Shown one piece after another: positions 28,879 to 43,550 of a stretch of 64,000 nt of DNA. Position numbers and translations under genes: made by a program. The notes beneath the pieces are model-generated. The model worked only from the letters and a program-made list of their open reading frames with translations. It did not search any database and had not been told where the DNA came from. Location: positions 38,378,001 through 38,442,000 of the forward strand of contig OZ024748.1 in NCBI GenBank assembly GCA_964016885.1, read 5' to 3'. This stretch comes from Eledone cirrhosa. Taxonomy: Eukaryota. Numbering within the stretch: the first letter of the stretch is position 1; the number at the start of each line of letters is the position of its first letter.

Positions 28879-30889
28879 ATGGTAAATATCAACGTTGTTG
28901 TATTCCTCCTGGGACTCTTCACACCGTTAATTTATTCTCATGGCTGCCGTATGGAAGATGACGTGTGCGAATTTAAGCTGGTAGTTTCGTATAAATTAAC
29001 TATGTTAGTTAATCGTAGTTTGGTAACAGCTCACCAAGGAAAACTCTACAAATATGATGTCAGTAATTTTACATCTGCTCAACCGATACCAGTTGATGAG
29101 GTTATAACTATGGATGGTCACTCTGAAACAGTTTTGGTTATTGCAGTTAATGGAACAGTTCCTGGACCTACAATAGAAGTTTATAAAGGACAAACTGTTG
29201 TTATTGTTGTAGAAAATAAACTATTTTCAGAAGGTATTACCATACATTGGCATGGTTTACATCAAAAAGGAACACCTCATATGGATGGCGTACCTTGGGT
29301 TTCCCAGTGTCCTATTCATCCTGGTCAATCATTTAGATATGAATTTAACATTACTCAAACTGGTACTTATTGGTACCATTCCCATCTTGGGACACAGCGT
29401 ACCATGGGACTCTTTGGGGCTTTTATAATACACAAGAAAACAAAACCTAAAATGGAAGAACATGTAATGTTAATAACAGACTACAACCACAATTGGGATT
29501 CCGATGTTAGTTATTTAAGAATGGATTACGGACTTTTTTGGCAACGTAAAAAGCTTCAAAATTCCAAATCTGTAGATGGTGCAATGTTTAGTCTTTTTAG
29601 TTTTAATTCTGGTCTTGTGAATGGTCGAGGACGTTATTATAACGACTCAGGAAATCACAATGGAGCCCCGTTGTCAGTATTTGAAGTGCAATCAGGTAAG
29701 AATTATCGATTCAGAGTTATTGCTGCAGGGTCTTTGTATCCATTTGAAATATCTGTGGATGGTCACAACATGATTGTCGTTGCTTCTGATGGTTATGACC
29801 TAAAACCAACCCCTGTTGATTATTTTATAATCAGTCCAGGAGAGAGATTTGACTTTATAATACTGGCCAATAACACTATAGGAAATTATTGGATCCGAGG
29901 AAAGACGATGGAATTGGACAAAAATAATACATTTGAAGCAATTCTTCGATATAAAGGTGCCCCAGAGGAAGAGCCAAACTCCAATGTTTCTGACTGTGTT
30001 CAGCAACAGAACTGCACCTTACTTAACTGTCCATTTCTTTATTATCCTAAAAAAAGTAATACCCGGTGTTTACAGTTTGATGATTTAGAAGCTGGTTATA
30101 CAACTGAGGTCCCTCCATTCCAATCTGGAAAGTTTGAAGAATACTTTCTAAACTTTGCTTTTCCCGGTGAACGAGGATATACTCCTGCCTCAGTGAATGG
30201 GCGCGTATTCGTAGAGCCCACAGTAAACCCTTTAACACAAGCAAACGAAATAGATACTGCTTGTAACAGTGCCGAGTGCGGTGTTGATAAAGTGTGTCGG
30301 TGCACTTATTCCTTAAACCTGAAACAGGATCATACCGTCCAAGTTGTAATGACAAACTTAGGAAAGGGCAAAGGGTTTTCTCACCCAATACACATGCATG
30401 GACATTCATTCTATGTGGTGAAAATGGGGTTTCCACAATACAACGAAACATCCGGTAGAATAATAATTGACACTAAAGATATTGATTGTAGAGGCGACCC
30501 TAAAATGAACTATTGTAATGATGCAGCTTGGTCAAATAGCAATTGGGAAGGTGACAATATTCCAGGACTTAGGTTGAAAAAGGCCCCTCAAAAAGATACA
30601 ATCATGGTTCCTACAGGTGGATACGTTGTAGTGAGAATAGTGGCAGACAATCCTGGATTATGGATCATGCACTGTCATATTGAATTACACAGTAAAGATG
30701 GAATGGCACTTGTTCTAAATGAATCTTACTCTCATTTGCCGAAAATTCCTGACAACTTCCCTACGTGTCGTAATTTCATGGAACCAGCTTATATTAAAAA
30801 AACAGGGGAATCTGGGAATAAAACCAATGACAAGGACGGAAATAAGGAAAAGAATGAAAATAAAGAAAATAACGAAACTTCCGAGAAAG
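28879..30889 (+). CDS. Laccase / multicopper oxidase, main coding exon (670 aa plus 1 nt)
   Basis: Signal peptide; Cu ligands HWHG, WYHSH, HPIHMHGH, HCHIELH...M; acceptor TATTTCAG| at 28854 before the ATG; donor AAAG|GTAAGT at 30889/30890 (phase 1). Confidence 0.95.
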
Positions 30890-30945
30890 GTAAGTAATTG
30901 TTCTTTAGTCTTGTTTATACGCATATATATATATATATATATATA

Positions 30946-31101
30946 TAACGAAGGAAATGTGGTAAGGAACCAGGTGGACCATAAGGCACCAAAGTACTCA
31001 ATACTTAGGGTAGTAGAGTGGGTAATAGGAACGAGTAAGACCCCGACGGCCGAGCCCAAGCCGTCTCGACGGCTTGGGCTCGGCCGTCGGGGTCTTACTC
31101 G

Positions 31102-31105
<4 letters not shown>
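30946..31105. mobile_element. PLE-tail-like insertion ending in a perfect GC-rich hairpin, in the laccase intron
   Basis: GAACGAGTAAGACCCCGACGGCCGAGCCCAAGCCGTC / its reverse complement; (TA)n on both sides. Confidence 0.65.
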
Positions 31106-31148
<43 letters not shown>

Positions 31149-32257
31149 CAAGAATAAATGATGGTTATATTGGGGAAGGAATATAAAGAAAAAGGAAACG
31201 GGGTGTGAATAAATGTCTCTACGTATCGGACATATGTCCTTCTTTATGAAAGAGCAAAGTTTGGAGAGAAAGATGAGGTTAGAACAAAGGAGATTGGAAG
31301 GTTAGAAAATGAATTAAGATGGTAGTCGAGTAATCCGGCGTACGATACAAAAACACTGCTGTCATCGCTCGTCCAATTGGACGTATACATTTCGACCATT
31401 ACAGGACACTATGTTTGGTCCGTCCATGGTAACAGAGTCTAACGAGGTCGTCAAACACTGTCTTGGTGTATTTTACAAGACAAAATCAGACTTATGTGAA
31501 ATTCCACGTTGAGGACAAAATAGAAATATAAGTATAAGTTAAAGAATGTGTGACGAGGTCAGTCAGGCAGACAATAACAGACGGAGAGTAACTGACCCGA
31601 ACATTGGAATAGTAATAATAGCTACATCTAGACGGTGTGAATACCACCAAGACGAAATGTGTAATTGTATATATATATACTGCCATACATTAGCCTATAG
31701 CAATGACAAATGGAATAAGATCTGTTGAGTTTTCTTTTCCTTTGATGTTGGATGTTTGTAGACGAAATATTTAAGGGATGTTTCGACGATGCGTTCACTT
31801 ATAGAAATCATTTATCACACACTTAATTATGTAAACATTTGATAATATAATCAAATATCTTTATAAGGAATATATAAGAACCAAAAACGGAACTGAGGTT
31901 TTGTAGATATTTTAAAATCCATCTATGAAGTTTTCTCTACAGAACTGTTCTGCTAGAGAGAGAACGCATAACTGGTGGCGGATAACGATACGGCCATAAA
32001 ATATGATAGTTGTTTGAGATATTAGTAGGCTCCTGCCGGACGAATAAACAACCCCGGACGAAACAGCAGTAAGCTAATAAGGATATGGAGAAATGAGTGA
32101 CAATGTTAGCTCTCACGAAAACTACCAATATAGTTAGCTTTATCTCCTAAAATCTTGCAACAAGTATATTTCTCTTCCATTCCTCTTAGACTGAATGTTA
32201 TTTTGGTTTATTTCCACTGTCTATCTGGGATGGTTCCAGTATATTAATTTATCTCTT

Positions 32258-32312
<55 letters not shown>

Positions 32313-32390
32313 TGTGTGTGGGTATGTGTGTCTGTGGCTGAGAAAAAATAGTACTCAATACCAAAGTAGAGCTTTAATATTTGTTATATA

Positions 32391-33092
<702 letters not shown>

Positions 33093-33194
33093 ATAATGCT
33101 CTGATTTTTTTATTTTAATTTATTAATTCTTCATAGAGCTTAAAAGTGAACAGTTGCAACATATATATATCTTTAATTTTATGTATATGATAAC

Positions 33195-33260
<66 letters not shown>

Positions 33261-33319
33261 CATTTTCATCATTTCATTTTACGTCCACTTTTCCCTGCTT
33301 GCATGTATATATATATATA

Positions 33320-33350
<31 letters not shown>

Positions 33351-33401
33351 GTATAGGGTGAAAGCAGCGATTCTTTGCTTAAACTTTAATCTGTTATTTT
33401 A

Positions 33402-33449
<48 letters not shown>

Positions 33450-33760
33450 GTATATATATATATATATATAAATATATATAGTCTATGAAGATTATGTTCT
33501 ACACAAATAAACCAAAATAACATTCAGTCTAAGAGGAATGGAAGAGAAATATACTTGTTGCAAGATTTTAGGAGATAAAGCTAACTACATTGGTAGTTTT
33601 CGTGAGAGCTAACATTGTCACCCATTTCTCCATACCCTTATTAGCTTACTGCTGTTTCGTCCGGGGTTGTTTATTCGTCCGGCAGGAGCCTACTAATATC
33701 TCAAACAACTATCATATTTTATGGCCGTATCGCTATCCGCCACCAGTTATGCGTTCTCTA

Positions 33761-34249
33761 GCACATAGGTTCTCAACCCATTTAGGCCAAACGCCCCCTT
33801 TTGTCCCTCGAAATCACGAAACGCCCCCCTACACTATTTTTCCATTTTTCATTATACTACTGATTTTGATATCTGTAGATTACTAAAAAATTGATTAACA
33901 ATATTCCAACGATACCATTGCAGGCAGCTGAGAGTATAAATACATTCCTTGAAAGGAAATATATACATTTCAAAAAAAGGAACATAAATGTTCTTTTTTA
34001 TGAATAAGGACAAGTTGAATTTGTTATATTCCCACCAGGCGATACCAACTATTTTGAACATTTATAAAAGAGCAACTCTGTCTATCCCAAGAGTGCTCTT
34101 ATCTGGAAGAAAGTGGCAATTATATCATTTCAAAGCTTTCCAATTTTCCCTTTAATGAAACAGACAGAATAAATGTTGATATCTAACTTGATGTCGCCTC
34201 TGCTTTGTGAGCTTAGAGACCACGGAAGAGGGTTTTCATGACCACGCGG
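33761..34249. mobile_element. hAT-like insertion fragment
   Basis: Starts CATAGGTTCTCAACC, hAT TIR-like, just after TCTAG; absent from the opposite arm. Confidence 0.4.
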
Positions 34250-34514
34250 GAACAGTCCTGTAGAGAAAACTTCATAGATGGATTTTAAAATATCTACAAA
34301 ACCTCAGTTCCGTTTTTGGTTCTTATATATTCCTTATAAAGATATTTGAGTATATTATCAAATGTTTACATAATTAAGTGTGTGATGAATGATTTCTATA
34401 AGCGAACGCATCGTCGAAACATCCCTTACATATTTCGTCTACAAACATCCAACATCAAAGGAAAAGAAAACTCAACAGATCTTGTTCCATTTGTCATTGC
34501 TATAGGCTAATGTA

Positions 34515-34697
34515 TGGCAGTATCGGTAGAGGGTAGGTCGCCATGCTTTACAGTACAGAGTTACGGCCCTTTATGGTCTGAGTTCAAATCCCGTCGAGGT
34601 TAACTTTGCCTTTCATCCTTACGAGGTCGATAAAATAAAGTACCAATAATACAGTGGGATAATTGGTGGCCTTGTGCCAAAAGTAGAAACAATTATT
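34515..34697 (+). mobile_element. SINE (another partial copy at 35067-35165)
   Basis: Same head, B-box and core as 21776-21962. Confidence 0.85.
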
Positions 34698-35246
34698 TAT
34701 ACAGACCTGTCAATGCGAGATGTATCAGAGTGTGTTAGTTATATTACAACTATGGAGACTGGGTCATCGCATGTTCAGTGATGTAGACTAAGGAGAGAAT
34801 ACATCACTAGGTGATTCCAACATGTTTCGTGAGGTTTCCAGCGACTGATGATAAAGCCCTCCTCTTTCAACAAGACACCAAACAGTCGAATCCTGATTTC
34901 ACAAGAAAATAAATAAACTTATGAAATATTTATGAATAATTTGCCTGGTTTTATAATTACCAACTTGCTGCTCGAGAAAGAAAACCAGGAATTTGTATCT
35001 CAATTCTAAATCTGAAATTCCAGTTTCCAATCCTGATCTTACAAGAAAATACATTATTTATTCAACAATTAACTTTGCCTTTCATCCTTACGGGGTCGAT
35101 AAAATAAAGTACCAGTAATGCACTGGGTAATTGCTGGCCTTGTGCCAAAGGTAGAAACAATTATTTATTCAACAATTAATAAATTTAAGAATAATATATT
35201 GATTTAATCACTTAAATAATAATATTATATTTCTTTATATTTGCAG

Positions 35247-35362
35247 TTCTAACCGACCCTACAGTAAAGGTGGCCCTCGGAGTTTTAATAGCAGTTGTTT
35301 CTATCTTAGCAATACTTGTGGTTGTTCTTGTCTTTATTGTTGTTACCAAGAATAAAAAATAA
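35247..35362 (+). CDS. Laccase terminal exon encoding a transmembrane anchor
   Basis: Acceptor TTCTTTATATTTGCAG|; phase-1 join gives VLTDPTVKVALGVLIAVVSILAILVVVLVFIVVTKNKK-stop. Confidence 0.85.
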
Positions 35363-35389
35363 CGGATGAACCTTTAAGAGATTTGTTGT

Positions 35390-35690
35390 GAGGTGACATG
35401 GAATGGTGTGGTGTAGTGGAGGTGGCGGATGTGATGTAGTAGTGGTGAGAGGTTCTAGTGGTGTGGTGTAGTGGAGATGGTGTGATGTAGTAGTGGTGAG
35501 AGGTTCTAGTGGTGTGGTGGAGTGGAGGTGGTGTGGTGAGTAGTGGTGAGAGGTTCTAGTGGTGTGGTGGAGTGGAGGTGGTGTGGTGTAGTAGTGGTGA
35601 GAGGTTCTAGTGGTGTGGTGGAGTGGATGTGGTGTTGGGGAGGTGGTGTGGTGTTGGGGAGGTGGTAATGTCTTTAGTTACAGTAGTGTG
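35390..35690. repeat. G/T-rich tandem repeat (~50-bp unit containing GTGAGAGGTTCTAGTGGTGTGG) in the laccase 3' UTR region
   Basis: Unit visible about four times. Confidence 0.75.
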
Positions 35691-35797
35691 GGTAGTGGTA
35701 AGAGAAGATATAAATTTTTATATACAAAAAATATATATAAATACAATGATATTAAATAAATGGAAACTATATTTATAAAACCATATTTTATTATATA

Positions 35798-36350
35798 CTA
35801 GCATTAAAGCCCGGCGTTGCTCGGGGTCAGTAAGTTACCAAAGTTGGGTTGCACCACCCATTTTATGGCAGCACTTTTTTGTCTGCCTGGCACTGGGTGA
35901 ATGAATTGCAGACTTGGACTGCCGAAGCAGGAGCTGCGCCAGCAGTGACAATTGTAGTTTCGCTTATGGATATTATCTCTGTGCAAAGAAGTGTTGAAAT
36001 TTATTGTTTCACAGTACTTGCGCAACACGTGCGTAGATGATGCCAGCCGAACAACAGAGCTGCGATGGAGTTGTTCTGCATGGTTGTCTAATGTGTGTTT
36101 TCTAAATTTAAGACAGTAGGGAGGGTTTTGTATGGGGGGAGAGTTAGCTGTTGTTTCTAGCAGGTTTAGTGACCTCGTAGAGGATATTATTGTGTATAGT
36201 AAATAAACTGATACTTCTTTCTTCCACGTTCGTTAAGAGATTTTAAAAAAAGCTTTTATCGCTATTTTTTTTGTTGTTGAATAAATTTATCTGATTGATT
36301 TTGAATAATTGTTGTTTCGACTCAAAAACAAACGTTCTCTCTCTCTCACT

Positions 36351-36430
<80 letters not shown>

Positions 36431-36773
36431 TCATTTCTTTCTCTCTTCTTTCTTCGGCGTTCCTAAAGGAAGTTTGAAGTTTAAGCGTATATAAGAGAAA
36501 GTTGCAGCATGTATGTAGTTTTATCGAATTTTAAGGGGAGTAGAGAGAGGTTATCAGATTGTATTAGAGGTGTAAAGCGTCATGTATTTAGTTTTATTGA
36601 TTATTTCCGTAATTGTGGGTGAGTTTGAAATAAATAAATAGTCGTTGAGCTAAGTTGGACCAATTACAACATTCTTACAGACGTTGAGTCGAATCGGTTT
36701 GAAATTGTGCAAATGTATAAACATGGAACATGCACACACACAACAACAACAACAACAATCTGCCTTTTATAGA
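35798..36773 (-). mobile_element. Non-autonomous Helitron, copy 1
   Basis: Minus strand A|TCTATAAAAGG ... CCGAGCAACGCCGGG hairpin ... CTAG|T. Confidence 0.8.
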
Positions 36774-37073
36774 TATGTTTCTTTTATTTGCCACCAGGGC
36801 ATCAAAAGTGGGACAAGTACAACGGGGGGAGTTTACATAACAAGGCGTCCTCAATAAGGAGGAGGCAATAACAATATATAAAAATAAAATAAAATATAAC
36901 AAAAAATAAAATTTATAACAAAGTCCTCAATAGAGAGGAGGCGCCTTGGGGGGTCGCACACACCCCCGAAAAAAGTGTGCAACCCTTCTCCTCAGGAGCA
37001 CAGAGAAGGGGTGCTCCCTTGGTCTTTCATCTTCCTCACCTATAGTCTGATGTAGAGTGAAGGCCCATTCACA

Positions 37074-38361
37074 CTAGCATTAAAGCCTGGCGTTGCTCGG
37101 GGTCAGTAAGTTACCAAAGTTAGGTTGCACCACCCATTTTATGGCAGCACTTTTTTGTCTGCCAGGCACTGGGTGAATGAATTGCAGACCTGGACTGCCG
37201 AAGCAGGAGCTGCGCCAGCAGTGACAACTGTAGTTTCGCCTATGGATATTATCTCTGTGCAAAGAAGTGTTGAAATTTATTGTTTCACAGTACTTGCGCA
37301 ACACACGCGTAGACGATGCCAGCCGAACAACAGAGTTGCGATGGAGTTGTTCTGCATGGTTGTCTAATGTGTGTTTTCTAAATTTAAGACAGTAGGGAGG
37401 GGTGTGATATGGGGGAGAGTTAGCTGCTGTTTCTAGCAGGTTTAGTGACCTCATAGAGGATATGTTTTCTAAATTTAAGACAGTAGGGAGTGGTGTGATA
37501 TGGGGGAGAGTTAGCTGCTGTTTCTAGCAGGTTTAGTGACCACATAGAGGATATTATTGTGTATAGTAAATGAACTGATACTTCTTTCTTCCACGTTCGT
37601 TGATAGATGTTTTAAAAAAGATTTATCGCTATTTTCTTTTGTTGTTGAATAAATTTATCTGTTCCTTTTGAATATGGGGGAGAGTTAGCTGCTGTTTCTA
37701 GAAGGTTTAGTGACCCCATAGAGGATATGTTTTCTAAATTTAAGACTGTAGGGAGTGGTGTGATATGGGGGAGAGTTAGCTGCTGTTTCTAGCAGGTTTA
37801 GTGACCTCATAGAGGATATTATTGTGTATAGTAAATGAACTGATACTTCTTTCTTCCACGTTCGTTGATAGATGTTTTAAAAAAGATTTATCGCTATTTT
37901 TTGTTGTTGTTGAATAGATTTATCTGTTGCTTTTGAATAATTGTTGTTTCGTATGAAATGAAATAAGTCCTCTTTGACATTGAAGTAAATAAATATTTGA
38001 CCGTTCCACACTCAAAAACAAACGTTCTCTCTCTCTCTCCCTCTCACTCTCTCTCTTAAAGTTTGTAAGTTTAATCATCATAATTATCTATTCGATAAAA
38101 CTACATACATGCAACTTTCTCTGATGAAGGGGAGTAGATAGAGGTAATCTGATTGTATTAGAGGGGTAAAGCGTCATGCATTTAGTTTTATCGATTATTT
38201 CCGTAATTGTGGATGAGTTTCAATGAAATAAATAGTCGTTGACCTAAGTTAGACCATTTAGAATATTCTTACAGACTTTGAGTCGAATCGGTTTGAAATT
38301 GTGCAAATGTTTAAACATGGAACATGCACACACACAACAACAACAATCTGCTTTTTATAGA
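37074..38361 (-). mobile_element. Non-autonomous Helitron, copy 2, with internal duplications
   Basis: Highly similar to 35798-36773; TC...CTAG termini; segments duplicated within 37370-37940. Confidence 0.8.
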
Positions 38362-38368
38362 TAATGAT

Positions 38369-38665
38369 TATATTTCAAGGGCAACCAAAACAACATTGGT
38401 GCGCTTTCATCAGATAAAATACAAAGTTTGTTTTATGGGTACGTCTCTATTTATAAAACAAACTTTGTATTTTATCTGATGAAAGCGTACCAATGTTGTC
38501 TTGGTTGCCCTTGAAATATATATAATAAAATAAATATGGTTTTATAAATATAGTTTCCATTTATTTAATATCATTGAATATTTACTCCAGTAAGCTGTTG
38601 AGTGCTCTAAATCAGTTATAAACATTTATGTTTGTCGGACTTCCAACAAATTAAATATAACTTCT
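38369..38665 (+). mobile_element. PLE pLTR module with short inverted head
   Basis: Arms 38369-38436 and 38453-38521; family also at 35745-35795, 38710-38765, 53700-53930, 55660-55810, 56440-56660. Confidence 0.75.
38468..38532 (+). ncRNA. Type I hammerhead ribozyme
   Basis: TATTTTAT-CTGATGA-AAGCGTACCAA..TTGGTTGCCCTT-GAAA-TATATA-TA-ATAAAATA; 8-bp stem I. Confidence 0.75.
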
Positions 38666-38786
38666 ACTTATATATATATATATATGTATATATGTATATA
38701 TATATATATACATATAAAATATGGTTTCATAAATATAGTTTCCATTTATTTAATATCATTGAATACATATATACAGATATATTTTT

Positions 38787-38866
<80 letters not shown>

Positions 38867-38879
38867 AATACATATATAT

Positions 38880-39556
<677 letters not shown>

Positions 39557-39802
39557 GAGAGATAGAGGGAGTTCGTACTCTCGACAGTCACACGACGGTG
39601 AAATTGATAAAGGTTCATTCATCATAAAATCTGTTTTTGTTATATTTTTTTAAAGTTTATTATTGGTTTATTTTTTGAATTAATATTTTTCAGACGATTA
39701 TATATGTACATATATATACATATATATAAATAATAAATAAATAAATTATACCTTCCTGTTTATAGTTGTTTATACTATATACATAACTATAAATAGTATT
39801 AT

Positions 39803-39848
<46 letters not shown>

Positions 39849-39928
39849 TATATATGTATGTCTGTGTGTGTGTGTACACCTGATGACGACGATATGTGTG
39901 TATGTATATATATACATATATATATATG

Positions 39929-39977
<49 letters not shown>

Positions 39978-40007
39978 ATATATATATACACACACACATG
40001 TATGTAT

Positions 40008-40078
<71 letters not shown>

Positions 40079-40083
<5 letters not shown>

Positions 40084-40447
40084 TAAAAAGGAAAAGAAAA
40101 TGCTGACAAATTTTTCCCAGTGAAAAATAGTTTAATTAGGAATAAGTATAAATTAGTAATAAGTATTGGTTAGTATTCAGTTTTAGTTTTAAGTTTTTAC
40201 CGGTTGCGCATTTCTAATGCTTTTCAAAAATAATTTTGAGATAGAGCGCCTGTGATGTTTGCTCTAAACATCACGGGCGCTCTATCTCAAAATTATTTTT
40301 GAAAAGCATTAGAAATGCGCAGCCGGTAAAAACTTAAACTAAAACTGAATACTAACCAATACTTATTACTAATTTATACTTATTCCTAATTAAACTATTT
40401 CTCACTGGGAAAAATTTGTCAGCATTTTCTTTTCCTTTTTACTAATA
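40079..40447. repeat. Near-perfect ~370-bp palindrome (5-nt loop) next to (TA)n
   Basis: Centre GTGATGTTT-GCTCT-AAACATCAC; degenerate TTGAAAA-type hammerhead at 40195-40230 (-). Confidence 0.9.
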
Positions 40448-40594
40448 TATCACAACTCGTGTGTCACACCTCAATTTTTATATATGGTGAACCTCAAACC
40501 TGAATATATATATATAGTTTTCTAAATCTTTCCCAGATATATTTTGAATAAAACCATTGAAAAATACTATATTTTAAACGCTCTTCGTTTGTTG

Positions 40595-40651
<57 letters not shown>

Positions 40652-40919
40652 CTCTCTCTCTCTTCTCTCTCCCACTCGCTCTCTCTCTCTCTCTCGCTCT
40701 CTCTCTCTCTCATTCTTTATATATATCCCTCCCCTTCTCTCTCATTCTCACACTCTTTCCCTCTCCCTGTCCTTCTCAATCTCTCAATCTCTCACTCTCA
40801 CTCTCTCTCTCTCACTCACCCTCTCTCTACTAACACAGTTAAGACTGCCAAACCAAATTGGTTTAACTCAATCCTACCGTGCCACAATCATGGAATTCGA
40901 CCTCATTGGTCTGGTATTT

Positions 40920-41500
40920 GGTGGAGGTGGGGTGTGATGGGGTGGGTGAGAGTGAAGAGGGTGGAGGTGGGATGTGATGGGGTGGGTGAGAGGGAAATGG
41001 GTGGAGGTGGAGGTGGGGTGTGATGGGGTGGGTGAGAGTGAAGAGGGTGGAGGTGGGATGTGATGGGGTGGGTGAGAGGGAAGTGGGTGGAGGTGGAGGT
41101 GGGGTGTGATGGGGTGGGTGAGAGTGAAGTGGTGGTGGAGGTGGGGTGTGATGGGGAGGGTGAGATGGAAGTGGGTGGAGGTGGTGATGGGGTGGGTGAG
41201 AGGGAAAGGGTGGAGGTGGAGGTGGAGGTGGAGGTGGGGTGTGATGAGGAGGGTGAGAGGGAAGGGTGGAGGTGGAGGTGGAGTGTGATGAGGAGGGTGA
41301 GAGGGAAGGGTGAAGGTGGAGTGTGATGGGGTGGGTGAGAGGGAAAGGGTGGAGGTGGAGGTGGGGTGTGATGAGGAGGGTGAGAGGGAAGGGTGGAGGT
41401 GGAGGAGGGGTGTGATGGGAAGAGTGAGAGGAAAGAGGTGGTGGGGGTGGGGTGTGATGGGGTGTGAGTGAGAGGGAAGTGGAGGTCTGGGGTGATGGCA
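40920..41500. repeat. G-rich degenerate tandem repeat (GTGTGATGGGGTGGGTGAGAG..GGTGGAGGTG)
   Basis: Repeated ~40-45-bp purine-rich unit. Confidence 0.85.
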
Positions 41501-41739
41501 GGGTTTAGAGGAGGAACAGATAGTGTTATGTTTACCTGGTCAACTGAAATGGAATTGAGTAGATAGAAAGACTGCAGTGTCGCGCCATACCCTCGCTACC
41601 CGTGTAATGCAAGGATAAAGATCCCTGAACTCCTTGTGGAGTCGTAGAGGTACTCTCATAGGGTGTGTCTAGGGAAATATAAATCTGATGGAGCCCAACC
41701 TTCTCCGGGTCTAAACACAGCTGATTTTTTCTATAGAGG

Positions 41740-42283
41740 AAGAATCAACCCCAGAACAGGACTGGTACTTTGTTTATCGACCTCGAAAGGATGAAAGGCA
41801 AAGTTGACCACGGCGGGATTTGAACTCAGAGCGTGCAATGATGTGGAATACGTTAAAGGTACGTGACTTAGTCTTGAGGGTGTTGGACTTGCGATCATAA
41901 TGTCGTGGGTTCGATTCCTGGGTTGTGTGTTGTGTTCTTGAGCAAAACACTTCATTTCACGTTACTCCAGTCTACTCAGCTGAAAATGAGTACCAGTAAT
42001 ATCTGGGGGTTTAACCCTGCGATAGACTGCTGTCCTGTCCAGGGGGAAGTCTTGTACTCACAGTCGCTTCGTGAAACCGGGATAAGCATCGGCTCAACAC
42101 GCTGGCACAAGGCCAACTATTTTGGTGGGGGGGGTCGATTAAATCGACCTCAGTGTATTACTAGTACTTTATTTTATCGACCTCATAAGAATAAAAAGCA
42201 AAGCTAACATCGGCGGGATTTCAACTCAGAACGTAAAGGGTCATAACTCTATGCTGCAAAGCATGGTTTCCGACGCCCTACCA
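41740..42283. mobile_element. SINE cluster from two families
   Basis: Core copies (-) at 41740-41830 and 42130-42283; second family (+) at ~41860-42120 with GGTTCGATTCC B-box and CTTGAGCAAAACACTTCATTTCAC. Confidence 0.75.
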
Positions 42284-42339
42284 GCAACAAATAATGATGT
42301 CATAGATTGACATAAAGTTGACTTCTATATAATGAAGTG

Positions 42340-43250
42340 GGGGGTGAACAATTGGTGGAAGTACCCCAGTTCAGACATTAATATAGGAGGGGATGTGCTC
42401 AATTGATGGAAGTACCCCAGTTCAGACATTGATATAGGAGGGGATGTGCTCAATTGGTGGAAGTACCCCAGTTCAGACATTGATATAGGAGGGAGGTGCA
42501 TAATTGGTGGAAGTGCCCCATTTCAGACATTGATATAGGAGGGGATGTGCTCAATTGGTGGAAGTACCCCAGTTCCCACATTGATATAGGAGGGGGGTGC
42601 ATAATTGGTGGAAGTGCCCCAGTTCAGACATTGATATAGGAGGGGGGTGCACAATTGGTGGAAGTAAACCCAGTTCAGACATTAATATAGGAGGGGGTGT
42701 GCACAAATAGTGGAAGTACCCCAGTTCAGACATTGATATAGGAGGGGGGTGTACAGTAGGTGTAAGTACCCCAGTTCAGACATATTTATAGGAGGGGGTG
42801 TGTACAATTGGTGGAAGTACCCCAGTTCAGACATTGATATAGGAGGGGGGTGTACAGTTGGAGGAAGTACCCCAGTTCAGACATTGATATAGGAGGGGGT
42901 GTGCACAATTAGTGGAAGTACCTCAGTTCAGACATTGATATAGGTGGGGGGGGGGGTGTACAGTAGGTGGAAGTACCCCAATTCAGACATATTTATAGGA
43001 GGGGTGTGTACAGTTGGTGGAAGTACTCCAGTTCAGACATATTTATAGGATGGGTTGTGTACAGTTGGTGGAAGTACCCCAGTTCAGACATTGATATAGG
43101 AGGGGGGTGTACAGTTGGAGGAAGTACCCCAGTTCAGACATTGATATAGGAGGGGGTGTGCACAATTAGTGGAAGTACTCCAGTTCAGACATTGATATAG
43201 GAGGGGGGTGTACAGTAGGTGGAAGTACCCCAGTTCAGACATATTTATAT
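42340..43250. repeat. ~50-bp minisatellite (GGTGGAAGTACCCCAGTTCAGACATTGATATAGGAGGGGG...)
   Basis: About 18 tandem units. Confidence 0.95.
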
Positions 43251-43550
43251 TTCAGTTGATTTGGAATGAGCTCTTCAATTAAGTCTGATTAAAGTACATA
43301 ACACTTGGTTATGTCTAGCACAACACCACCACCACCATCACCACTACAGTCATCTTTTATTATCAATACTAACAGGACAACCGGGTGGTTTTCTGCGAGC
43401 ATGTGTAGTGTGTATATTGATATATATACACAAGTATATATACATGTAGATATGATACATCAAATAAAATCGTAATTGACAATATACACAGAAATTGAAC
43501 GAAGTCTATGTTACACTGTCATCTGTAATCAGTAAAGTAATCCATGATAC

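Noticed and set aside
28879-30889. Horizontal transfer from fungi or bacteria as the reason for the intronless catalytic exon
   Set aside because: The Cys-rich inserts (C...C....CRC, NCPF, C....YCN) look metazoan and flanking introns are spliceosomal; no support without a phylogeny
30890-30897. ORF-track stop as the sole laccase C-terminus
   Set aside because: A consensus AG|GTAAGT donor and an in-phase transmembrane exon fit better; kept only as a possible isoform
35348-35362. Di-lysine ER-retrieval motif in the TKNKK tail
   Set aside because: Position -3 is Asn, so it fits neither KKxx nor KxKxx; more likely a positive-inside stop-transfer
42340-43250. CRISPR-like regular array (also 62416-64000 and 46450-46720)
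   Set aside because: No unique spacers, no cas genes, eukaryotic context; ordinary minisatellites
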